Assembly (NCBI GenBank): GCA_965178125.1
Contig: OZ237735.1
Span: 992,001 to 1,056,000, forward strand
Reading direction: 5' to 3'
Source: Bilabrum cf. latius
Lineage: Eukaryota
DNA length: 64,000 nucleotides
Part shown: positions 38,385 through 50,100 of the stretch, one piece after another
How the letters are laid out: every line of letters starts with the position of its first letter
Position numbering within the stretch: the first letter of the stretch is position 1
Notes under the pieces: model-generated
Told to the model about the DNA's origin: nothing
Database searches by the model: none
The model's input: only the letters and a program-made list of their open reading frames with translations
Position numbers and translations under genes: made by a program

Positions 38385-40833
38385 ATGTCTGGAAAAGGGG
38401 GACGCAGACTGCAAATTCACGATGAATCAGCGTAAGAGCATTCGGGTGTGCGTGTATCTATTGGTAAACCTCTGCAGGTGGTAGACTGCGATACCTTGAC
38501 AGCTTTGTAAATCGGTCGCAGGGGCAAGCATGCGGGAGCACGGCCGATTCTCGTGTCTCCTACTGACGTTGAAAAGACGACCGAACGTTTCCATGCTTTT
38601 CCAGTCTCAAAGTTTGGGTCAAGTGCGTGGATAAGGCAGCATGCAGATCTTGAACGGCTTAATACGTAGGCTCACATCAATGCGCAGTACCAGGCTGATC
38701 CATACGTGCTAGAATCGTTCATTACGTTTGAAAAGGTGCCCGAATTGCTGAAAGAGCTGCTGGCGGCCGAAATTTGGGCTGATAAGGTGCTGCCACGCCT
38801 GGCAGCCGATGTGTCTCAGCAAAACTCTCTGCGTGCCTACTATCTCATTCACCATGAAGCTGTTCTAGTGAATCTTCTGGAAGTTTTCCTGTTTCACTCG
38901 TATGCGGCGGAAGCGATGGGCGACGGGCTGGTGGACCTGGTTGACTACATTGCCCGACGGATGCGGGAGCTGATTGCGAGGTAAGGCTTGCGGCTTGTGA
39001 AGAGGCCCGCGCGCATTGCTTCCGGATGACCCACACGAGTATTATCCGATTATTTCCTGAAGTCGCAGAACCTTGCGGGAGCAGAAGGAGGCTCGGGACC
39101 GCCGGAAGCGCCGGAAGAAGGCAAAGCGCAAAGGCGCCAGCGCCGTCGCATCCGGCGCGTCGACATCCACCGGTGGCTCTGATGGTGGTGCTCCAGACAA
39201 GCTATCACAGGCTCGACAGGCAGCACGAAGCTACGCTGCGAGAGTCTCAGGGCCAGGGGCGGTGCAGGAGCAGCTTGCGCAGCAGCGCCGCGACATCCGG
39301 TTGAGGGTGTGTGTGACGAGTGTTGCCTTGCTGCGATACCTGTGCGAGCACGCCAAGAGCCTCCCCCTGGCGTGCTTTTCCCGCATCGTAGACACGCACG
39401 ACCTTCTCATGGCAGTGGTGCCTCTGGTGGAGAACCCGCCGTGGACCAGGCACCTCACACCCGACACTGCCCCGGAGGACGCTGGGCTGGTGCTGGAGCC
39501 GAGGTGGGAGAAGCTGATCGAGTTCAAGTGGACTGCCGTGCAGCCCGCAGACCTCCTCAAGCTGACCCCGACCGAGGCTCAGGCATGGCTCGTGGTACAC
39601 TTCCTGCTGTCTTCGGACGAGTTCAGGAAAAGCTACCACCTGCACTCGTCACGCAAGGGCACCCTCATGCGCCTCAGGAAGTACCTGAATGACACGCTGT
39701 GCGACCAGCTTCCGGTACTGCGGCATATGCAGCGCTACCTCGACGAGCTTCAGGTGGCAGAGGCCCCTGAACCCACCGACATGGCCGCCCGCGGGCTCAG
39801 GTCGGCGGGCCTTGTGCTGGAGGCGGTCCCTGAGGTCACCGCGGGTCTGGTGCGGCGTGCCTTCGAGGATGCGGGGCTGAGTCCGGACGGGCGCTTTGAG
39901 GCACGTGTGGCTGCACTGCCGGCGGGTGAGGGTGAAGACGAGGCTGAGGACGACGATGGGGAGGGGTGTGACATGCAGCAACCAGCAGGCTTGAAAGCGA
40001 AGGGAGGTTCAGGTTCCAAATCGAATCCAGCAGGGGTGGAGGTGAAAGCCACAGGTAGCAAGAAGGTGGTATCGAAGAAGGCTCCTCTCATTCAGGTCGT
40101 GGAGCCAGCGGTGGCAAGCTCTGCGGCTCCGTCTAGCGGGGAAAGTGCTCCAGCTCAGCATTCTTCACGCGAGCAAAGGCCAGGCCAAGGCACAGTGACA
40201 GCAACAGATGGCACGCCGGGCTCTTTGGACACCGACAGAGGAACAATGGCTGGCGACGCCACGCCGGACCGTCACAGTCACATTGTGGGCGAAGCATCAT
40301 CTGCAAGTGGTACCCCCGCCCCCGCCCCCGCCCCATCACCGGCGGTGCCCATCCGTAGCCTCCTCATCACAGGGGACGGACCCAGCAAGGGTGGCAGCAA
40401 GCGTGCCCTCACGTCCTCACTGATGATGAGCGCTGTGGCCACACGAAGCATAGGCCCCGATGGAGCCGTATCGTTGGAAGAGACTGCTGCTGCTGCTGTT
40501 GGCACTAGCGCTGGATCTGCTGCTGCTGGCGGCAGTTCCAGGGCACAGGCCAATGGGCCCTCCCAGGGCAGCGGGACTGGAAGGGCGAGGGCGAGGGCGA
40601 GGGAAAGCCGAATTGCGGTGAAGAACCCGTGGGAGCGGGTCGCCAGAGTATGCTCAGGTGTAGCGTTTTCCAGGGCAGATCGCGAGGAGCCCGCGATGCG
40701 AGCTGTTGCAGAGCTCTACACTACCCCAGAGTTCGAGGCTGGGTTGACCGAGATGGGTGCCCCAGCACCCGGGAGCAGCTCTGCAGCTAGCGGGCGCAGT
40801 GCTTCTGTGGGCGCTAAAGTGTAGGTTGTATGA
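38385..40833 (+). CDS. ZMYND10: ZMYND10 (BLU/DNAAF7)-like dynein assembly factor lacking the MYND finger
   Basis: Motifs FGSSAWIRQHADLERLNT*AH, LLKELLAAEIW, YYLIHHEAVLVNLLEVFLFH, LVDLVDYIARR, THDLLMAVVPLVENPPW, EAQAWL and LRKYLNDTLCDQLPVL. Intron 38981-39068. TAG at 40822 is read through to TGA 40831-40833. The first exon/start (38385) is tentative. Confidence 0.85.
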
Positions 40834-40975
40834 GCTGCTAAGGGAACATGCATGTCTGTCGAAGCACTCGAAGCCACTGCGAATCTCGCCACTGGCAGTT
40901 GCGGAACTTTCCGTCCCGGCTCAACGAACCCCCTGCAGCTGTCGAGCTGGCGATATGGCGCTCACGATTGGACTG

Positions 40976-42466
40976 ATGTCCGGCAAGTTGTACTTGGATG
41001 ACTTGCGAGGGTGGATTTTTGATGAGCAAACGTCAGTGTCCTACTTATGGCTAGCGAGGGAGCTGGGATGCTCATCAGAGGACGCGAAACGGTAAGCACA
41101 TTCGAATTCGAATATGTGCTTCGAGGTATCCTCTGCTTCTTGTGTGGTATCGGAGTCCGTACCCGTTGCATTGATTGTGGTGGTTCATTTTAATCAGTGC
41201 AGTATTCTGGCTGAGTTTTCTGAGGGTCGTACCGATTTAGAGGTACTTGTTTGTGTTGTAGGCTTATCCCACGACAACGGGATAGAATTTGCCCTGTTCA
41301 CCCAAAACGAGGACTTCGAAACAAGTGAGTCGACCATCTTACCATGATTAACTTAGGCGTAGCCATTGCAAGAACCAATCTTGCCAATTGAGTCCTCCAC
41401 CCACGCTGCAGAAGTGAAACACAGATTCAGACGATTGCTCGGTCAGCATATTTTCTCCGTCTCTCCGCGAATGGAGCGACCACAACGAAACGGTATGGTT
41501 TCGGAAGTAGTGTGTAGCCCGCTGCAAGAGCAGTCTATTACGTTGTCTGATTCGAGTTCGGATGCGGGGCAGCGATTTCGCTCCAACCGATCGTCTGCCT
41601 TGCAGCACACGAATGTGCGATTGGCGCCACCCGCCTCCCATATTGCCAACAGTGGAGTGAAACTCCACGGCTAGAATGGTGGTGCTCGTAGTGTCGGCAG
41701 CGGCAAAGCCACTGCCACTGGCAGCAGACAGAAGCCGGTTCACGAGCGTGCGAAAGGCCGGCCCCAAGTAAAGAGCAGAACCGCGGCAAGCTTCTTCGGT
41801 GCGTCCTCCACAAGCAAGCCAGGCAAAAAGAAGACTCAATCTGGACCCAGAACCCCCTCTAGCCAGATGGCGTCCAAGAAGGGCATCCTGGGCTAGAAGA
41901 GAGTCGCAGCCAGCGAGCCAACTGAGGCCATGTTTGACGATGAGGCGTACGAGGATGACGATGAGAAGTAGAAATCGAAAGAGTCTCGAAAGTCCGAACC
42001 TGCGAGAAGTATTGCGGGGAAGAAGCCCGCCAGAGCAGCTGTGGATGAGAGCAGCGACGAAGATGAAGATGAAGATGAAGACAGACCAATTGCCGCCAAG
42101 GCTGGACCGTCCGGCAGCAGGAAGGCGGAGGCATCTCCTTCGAGAAAGCAGAAGCCAAGGAAAAAAGCCAAGGAGGCCCCAAAGTTTGGGAAGGTCAAAG
42201 TGCTCGAAGATGGACCCTCCAGTGGCCCGGCTGTCAGGAGGGCTCGAAGGGAGGTCACCTTCATGGACGAGAACGGGTACCTTGTAACGAAGGAGGAGTG
42301 GGTAGAGCTCGAGGTCCCTTCTGGTACCGATACTGCTGTGCCGAAACAGGTGGCAGGTTCAGCATTGCCTACCGCTCAATCGAAAGCAACGGCTGCCGAA
42401 GGCCGCAAACCCGCTGGAAAGCCCAAGCAGCCCAGCCTATCAAGCTTCTTTAGGAAGTCAAGTTGA
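40976..42466 (+). CDS. POLD3: DNA polymerase delta subunit 3 (p66/Cdc27)
   Basis: N-terminal LYLDDLRGWIFDEQTSVSYLWLARELG, C-terminal TFMDENGYLVTKEEW and PIP box KQPSLSSFF. Introns start at about 41092 and 41325. In-frame TAGs at about 41672, 41894 and 41969; TGA stop. Confidence 0.85.
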
Positions 42467-42683
42467 GATGCAGCATGATGGGTCGCACAGGTTCGCACCG
42501 TTGCCGGATGTTGCCGACCCGGATTTAGATACGGAAACTTGGTTCTCTCTTTCAAAAGGCATGTGCGGTTTACAACAAAACATTGAACCGCGTGCACTAC
42601 CTGCACTAGGAGCCAAAACTCTGCAATATACATCCTTGATAGGCTCACCTTCCCTCCCATACTGAGAGCTAGTGCGGCCTTTG

Positions 42684-43478
42684 ATGCATCGTCAAGCCAT
42701 GCGGAGGGTGGCTGGGATAAGGTTGATGCAACCGCTACTGCGGATGGCTGCATGGGAAATGAAAGCCTCGCTGGAAAGTTAGCATCGTGCTGCCGTCATG
42801 ACCAAGGCAGTACGCCAGGGAAATGATTCGAAGGAAGCATTGCTTGGGACAGTCCCGAATGCATTGTGTACTTTAAGGATAGTGGCATCTCCGGTCGCAG
42901 CCTGGCACGTTGCTCAGGGGGATTTTGTCGTGGGCACGTGTTTATTTATGGCATGTGGCTTGTCGGACCTCGTAGATGGAGAAATAGCCAGAACGAATCC
43001 CGAATCGCAGAGCTCGGTCCTTGGATCATACCTAGACCCTTTCGCTGACAAAGTGATGGTCACATCGGCCATGATTTCGCTATCATACGCGGGTATTATA
43101 TCTCCAATTTTTGCTGCTTTGGTCATCGCCAGGGATGTAAGCCTCGTCACCGCTGGCTTTGTCATCAGGGCTAGGACGAAATCAAAATCCGCGGCTTTTT
43201 TCTCGACAACTGATAGCAGCTCTTTGCAAGTTGAGCCAACTACACTGTCGAAGTTGAATACTATGGGCCTACTCATGCTCATCTCTGCAAGCTGCTACTC
43301 TGCAGCGTTAGACTACGATTTCTCCAGCTGGGCTGGGCCAATTCAAGGGGTTCTTGGATTGACAACGCTAGGTTCATGGTGGCAGTACTATCGCACTTAC
43401 AACACAAAGACAGTTTTGCACGGGACGATTACTAGTGCAGTGGATGAAAGAACTGATGCGTTGAAGAACAGAGTGTGA
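42684..43478 (+). CDS. CRLS1: Cardiolipin synthase (CMP-forming) / CDP-alcohol phosphatidyltransferase
   Basis: TVPNALCTLR, CDP-alcohol motif SDLVDGEIAR...SVLGSYLDPFADK, VIARD and PTTLSKLNT. Reading through TAG 42780 adds an Arg-rich presequence from ATG 42684. PGP-synthase-type specificity is not excluded. Confidence 0.8.
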
Positions 43479-44101
43479 GAACTGCCAACCTTGCATACTA
43501 CTGGAGCTGCGAACGGTGTAATTGGGCAAGGCGTTGCTTAACAGCTCCAGTGTGGTGAAGCAGGTAGTACTAGTAGGCTGGTCGTTGAGAGAAGGGGGAT
43601 CGGGCACGGGAGATTGACAAGCACAACTTGAAGACCCACGGGGCTGATGTGGAGTGGCGCGGGGCATGTGAGTTGATGCTAGGTGGCTACTCGTCAATTA
43701 GTGAGGCCAGTAAGGTCGCTGACTCGAAGGTTGAGATCTTGATTTGGACGTTGTACCCGCTTGAGGTGTAGGCACGGCTGCGACGGAGCGAAGAGGAGGA
43801 GTGAGAGGTCGGCGGGGGTCAAGTCAAGCGAGGCACGAGCAGGAGCGGCGGTCATTATGGGTGAAGATGAACGCGCTGATGGGGCAGGAGTAATAGTACA
43901 TCAGGTGGGTGGAGGGCCGTTAGAGGGGATGGTCACCGGGGTCCTCTGGTCGATAGGGGGGATAGAAATGGGGATGATTAGCATCATGTGTGCTGTCTGC
44001 GAGATCCGGATAGGTGCTGTGAGCCACGCGTGATCTCAATTCTATCAACTAAAGAAGATACCAAAGATTGATTCAATTCACATTCATATCCAAAGCTTCC
44101 A

Positions 44102-47100
44102 TTATGTCCGTGTCTTGATGATGAAGACCGTAAATGACCCACCATCGTGTGCTGTAAGTGATGAACCCCCAACGTTGGTGAAGGACACTCTGAAGGTTCT
44201 GCCGGCCGCTGGCGAGCCCTTCGAGCCCGAAGTTCCATCAGTAACAACCGTAGCACGCAGCCCAGCCATAGCCGCAACGAACCTTGGCTGTAGGATCACA
44301 AGATCTGTTGGATCAAGCTGCCAGTAGTCAGGCAGCCCAGCCGTGATGGTTGCATCCTCATCGACCGAACCATCTGAAACCACGGTGCCTGTGGTGAAGT
44401 CTAGAGTCGCTTCTCCCATAATTAAGCTATGTATTGGGGTTCCAGATGGCCCAATCTGTACGTGCCCATGATCCGTATCAGTGGTGGCCGATCCCCCTTC
44501 AATGACGATATCACCACCGGTCCCCGTCGTCGAATCACCAGCCTGCAAGTACACACTGCCAGCTGTCGTATCTGAGCTGCCCGCTGAGAGGCTCATCGAC
44601 CCCGAAGTATGTCCATTCGCAGTACCAGTTGACAGAACCAGCCATCCACTATTAGCTCCAGTTGACTGACCAGTTGTAAGTGAGAGAAGCCCAGACGATC
44701 CAGACTACGAGGTTCCACTAGAGACAGTAATCACACCAGAATCACCTAGATGCGACGCTCCTGAACTCAAGGTAATCCCCCCAGTTGAGCCACCCGAGGT
44801 AGTACCAGAGGAAACCGCCACAGGTCCAGTATCAGAGGCAACACTGGATCCAGAAATAACAGAGATACCGCCAGACACCGCGTTCGTCGATGCGCCCGAC
44901 GCCACGCTCACCGCGCCCGATGACGCTGATGCCGCATCGCCAGACCGCACAGTCACCGTGCCCGTCACATCCTTGTCAGACACGCCCGACAGCACGCTCA
45001 CGCCGCCAGATGCAGCCGACACCGCCGCGCCCGAGCCCACAGTCACCACGCCAGACACCGCGTTCGTCGATGCGCCCGACGCCACGCTCACCGCGCCCGA
45101 TGACGCTGATGCCGCATCGCCAGACCGCACAGTCACCGTGCCCGTCACATCCTTGTCAGACACGCCCGACAGCACGCTCACGCCGCCAGATGCAGCCGAC
45201 ACCGCCGCGCCCGAGCCCACAGTCACCACGCCAGACACCGCGTTCGTCGATGCGCCCGACGCCACGCTCACCGCGCCCGATGACGCGGATGCCGCATCGC
45301 CAGACCGCACAGTCACCGTGCCCGTCACATCCTTGTCAGACACGCCCGACAGCACGCTCACGCCGCCAGATGCAGCCGACACCGCCGCGCCCGAGCCCAC
45401 AGTCACCACGCCAGACACCGCGTTCGTCGATGCGCCCGACGCCACGCTCACCGCGCCCGATGACGCAGATGCCGCATCGCCAGACCGCACAGTCACCGTG
45501 CCCGTCACATCCTTGTCAGACACGCCCGACAGCACGCTCACGCCGCCAGATGCAGCCGACACCGCCGCGCCCGAGCCCACAGTCACCACGCCAGACACCG
45601 CGTTCGTCGATGCGCCCGACGCCACGCTCACCGCGCCCGATGACGCAGATGCCGCATCGCCAGACCGCACAGTCACCGCGCCCGTCACATCCACGTCGGA
45701 CGTGCCAGAGCCCACAGTCACCGCGCCCGACGAGTCAAGCGACGAAGACCCAGACAGCACGCTCACGCCGCCAGATGCAGCCGACACCGCCGCGCCCGAG
45801 CCCACAGTCACCACGCCAGACACCGCGTTCGTCGATGCGCCCGACGCCACGCTCACCGCGCCCGATGACGCGGATGCCGCATCGCCAGACCGCACAGTCA
45901 CCGCGCCCGTCACATCCTTGTCAGACACGCCCGACAGCACGCTCACGCCGCCAGATGCAGCCGACACCGCCGCGCCCGAGCCCACAGTCACCACGCCAGA
46001 CACCGCGTTCGTCGATGCGCCCGACGCCACGCTCACCGCGCCCGATGACGCAGATGCCGCATCGCCGGACCGCACAGTCACCGTGCCCGTCACATCCACG
46101 TCGGACGTGCCAGAGCCCACAGTCACCGCGCCCGACGAGTCAAGCGACGAAGACCCAGACAGCACGCTCACGCCGCCAGATGCAGCCGACACCGCCGCGC
46201 CCGAGCCCACAGTCACCACGCCAGACACCGCGTTCGTCGATGCGCCCGACGCCACGCTCACCGCGCCCGATGACGCCGATGCCGCATCGCCAGACCGCAC
46301 AGTCACCGCGCCCGTCACATCCTTGTCAGACACGCCCGACAGCACGCTCACGCCGCCAGATGCAGCCGACACCGCCGCGCCCGAGCCCACAGTCACCACG
46401 CCAGACACCGCGTTCGTCGATGCGCCCGACGCCACGCTCACCGCGCCCGATGACGCGGATGCCGCATCGCCAGACCGCACAGTCACCGTGCCCGTCACAT
46501 CCTTGTCAGACACGCCCGACAGCACGCTCACGCCGCCAGATGCAGCCGACACCGCCGCGCCCGAGCCCACAGTCACCACGCCAGACACCGCGTTCGTCGA
46601 TGCGCCCGACGCCACGCTCACCGCGCCCGATGACGCGGATGCCGCATCGCCAGACCGCACAGTCACCGCGCCCGTCACATCCACGTCGGACGTGCCAGAG
46701 CCCACAGTCACCGCGCCCGACGAGTCCAGCGACGAAGACCCAGACAGCACGCTCACGCCGCCAGATGCAGCCGACACCGCCGCGCCCGAGCCCACAGTCA
46801 CCACGCCAGACACCGCGTTCGTCGATGCGCCCGACGCCACGCTCACCGCGCCCGATGACGCGGATGCCGCATCGCCAGACCGCACAGTCACCGTGCCCGT
46901 CACATCCTTGTCAGACACGCCCGACAGCACGCTCACGCCGCCAGATGCAGCCGACACCGCCGCGCCCGAGCCCACAGTCACCACGCCAGACACCGCGTTC
47001 GTCGATGCGCCCGACGCCACGCTCACCGCGCCCGATGACGCGGATGCCGCATCGCCAGACCGCACAGTCACCGCGCCCGTCACATCCACGTCGGACGTGC

Positions 47101-50100
47101 CAGAGCCCACAGTCACCGCGCCCGACGAGTCCAGCGACGAAGACCCAGACAGCACGCTCACGCCGCCAGATGCAGCCGACACCGCCGCGCCCGAGCCCAC
47201 AGTCACCACGCCAGACACCGCGTTCGTCGATGCGCCCGACGCCACGCTCACCGCGCCCGATGACGCAGATGCCGCATCGCCAGACCGCACAGTCACCGTG
47301 CCCGTCACATCCTTGTCAGACACGCCCGACAGCACGCTCACGCCGCCAGATGCAGCCGACACCGCCGCGCCCGAGCCCACAGTCACCACGCCAGACACCG
47401 CGTTCGTCGATGCGCCCGACGCCACGCTCACCGCGCCCGATGACGCAGATGCCGCATCGCCAGACCGCACAGTCACCGTGCCCGTCACATCCTTGTCAGA
47501 CACGCCCGACAGCACGCTCACGCCGCCAGATGCAGCCGACACCGCCGCGCCCGAGCCCACAGTCACCACGCCAGACACCGCGTTCGTCGATGCGCCCGAC
47601 GCCACGCTCACCGCGCCCGATGACGCGGATGCCGCATCGCCAGACCGCACAGTCACCGCGCCCGTCACATCCTTGTCAGACACGCCCGACAGCACGCTCA
47701 CGCCGCCAGATGCAGCCGACACCGCCGCGCCCGAGCCCACAGTCACCACGCCAGACACCGCGTTCGTCGATGCGCCCGACGCCACGCTCACCGCGCCCGA
47801 TGACGCAGATGCCGCATCGCCAGACCGCACAGTCACCGTGCCCGTCACATCCACGTCGGACGTGCCAGAGCCCACAGTCACCGCGCCCGACGAGTCAAGC
47901 GACGAAGACCCAGACAGCACGCTCACGCCGCCAGATGCAGCCGACACCGCCGCGCCCGAGCCCACAGTCACCACGCCAGACACCGCGTTCGTCGATGCGC
48001 CCGACGCCACGCTCACCGCGCCCGATGACGCGGATGCCGCATCGCCAGACCGCACAGTCACCGCGCCCGTCACATCCTTGTCAGACACGCCCGACAGCAC
48101 GCTCACGCCGCCAGATGCAGCCGACACCGCCGCGCCCGAGCCCACAGTCACCACGCCAGACACCGCGTTCGTCGATGCGCCCGACGCCACGCTCACCGCG
48201 CCCGATGACGCAGATGCCGCATCGCCAGACCGCACAGTCACCGTGCCCGTCACATCCACGTCGGACGTGCCAGAGCCCACAGTCACCGCGCCCGACGAGT
48301 CCAGCGACGAAGACCCAGACAGCACGCTCACGCCGCCAGATGCAGCCGACACCGCCGCGCCCGAGCCCACAGTCACCACGCCAGACACCGCGTTCGTCGA
48401 TGCGCCCGACGCCACGCTCACCGCGCCCGATGACGCGGATGCCGCATCGCCAGACCGCACAGTCACCGCGCCCGTCACATCCTTGTCAGACACGCCCGAC
48501 AGCACGCTCACGCCGCCAGATGCAGCCGACACCGCCGCGCCCGAGCCCACAGTCACCACGCCAGACACCGCGTTCGTCGATGCGCCCGACGCCACGCTCA
48601 CCGCGCCCGATGACGCGGATGCCGCATCGCCAGACCGCACAGTCACCGCGCCCGTCACATCCACGTCGGACGTGCCAGAGCCCACAGTCACCGCGCCCGA
48701 CGAGTCAAGCGACGAAGACCCAGACAGCACGCTCACGCCGCCAGATGCAGCCGACACCGCCGCGCCCGAGCCCACAGTCACCACGCCAGACACCGCGTTC
48801 GTCGATGCGCCCGACGCCACGCTCACCGCGCCCGATGACGCGGATGCCGCATCGCCAGACCGCACAGTCACCGTGCCCGTCACATCCTTGTCAGACACGC
48901 CCGACAGCACGCTCACGCCGCCAGATGCAGCCGACACCGCCGCGCCCGAGCCCACAGTCACCACGCCAGACACCGCGTTCGTCGATGCGCCCGACGCCAC
49001 GCTCACCGCGCCCGATGACGCGGATGCCGCATCGCCAGACCGCACAGTCACCGTGCCCGTCACATCCTTGTCAGACACGCCCGACAGCACGCTCACGCCG
49101 CCAGATGCAGCCGACACCGCCGCGCCCGAGCCCACAGTCACCACGCCAGACACCGCGTTCGTCGATGCGCCCGACGCCACGCTCACCGCGCCCGATGACG
49201 CGGATGCCGCATCGCCAGACCGCACAGTCACCGCGCCCGTCACATCCACGTCGGACGTGCCAGAGCCCACAGTCACCGCGCCCGACGAGTCCAGCGACGA
49301 AGACCCAGACAGCACGCTCACGCCGCCAGATGCAGCCGACACCGCCGCGCCCGAGCCCACAGTCACCACGCCAGACACCGCGTTCGTCGATGCGCCCGAC
49401 GCCACGCTCACCGCGCCCGATGACGCAGATGCCGCATCGCCAGACCGCACAGTCACCGTGCCCGTCACATCCTTGTCAGACACGCCCGACAGCACGCTCA
49501 CGCCGCCAGATGCAGCCGACACCGCCGCGCCCGAGCCCACAGTCACCACGCCAGACACCGCGTTCGTCGATGCGCCCGACGCCACGCTCACCGCGCCCGA
49601 TGACGCAGATGCCGCATCGCCAGACCGCACAGTCACCGTGCCCGTCACATCCTTGTCAGACACGCCCGACAGCACGCTCACGCCGCCAGATGCAGCCGAC
49701 ACCGCCGCGCCCGAGCCCACAGTCACCACGCCAGACACCGCGTTCGTCGATGCGCCCGACGCCACGCTCACCGCGCCCGATGACGCAGATGCCGCATCGC
49801 CAGACCGCACAGTCACCGTGCCCGTCACATCCTTGTCAGACACGCCCGACAGCACGCTCACGCCGCCAGATGCAGCCGACACCGCCGCGCCCGAGCCCAC
49901 AGTCACCACGCCAGACACCGCGTTCGTTGATGCGCCCGACGCCACGCTCACCGCGCCCGATGACGCGGATGCCGCATCGCCAGACCGCACAGTCACCGCG
50001 CCCGTCACATCCTTGTCAGACACGCCCGACAGCACGCTCACGCCGCCAGATGCAGCCGACACCGCCGCGCCCGAGCCCACAGTCACCACGCCAGACACCG

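Noticed and set aside
1-44707. Cluster of pseudogenes with premature stops
   Set aside because: The interruptions are TAG only, frames stay open for kilobases, and conserved housekeeping genes (POLD3, Rac, BCAT) are otherwise intact.
1-44707. Ciliate-type UAR=Gln code, or pyrrolysine at TAG
   Set aside because: TAA terminates at least four genes at expected C-termini and was not seen in frame. TAG aligns with conserved Gln and the DNA is eukaryotic.
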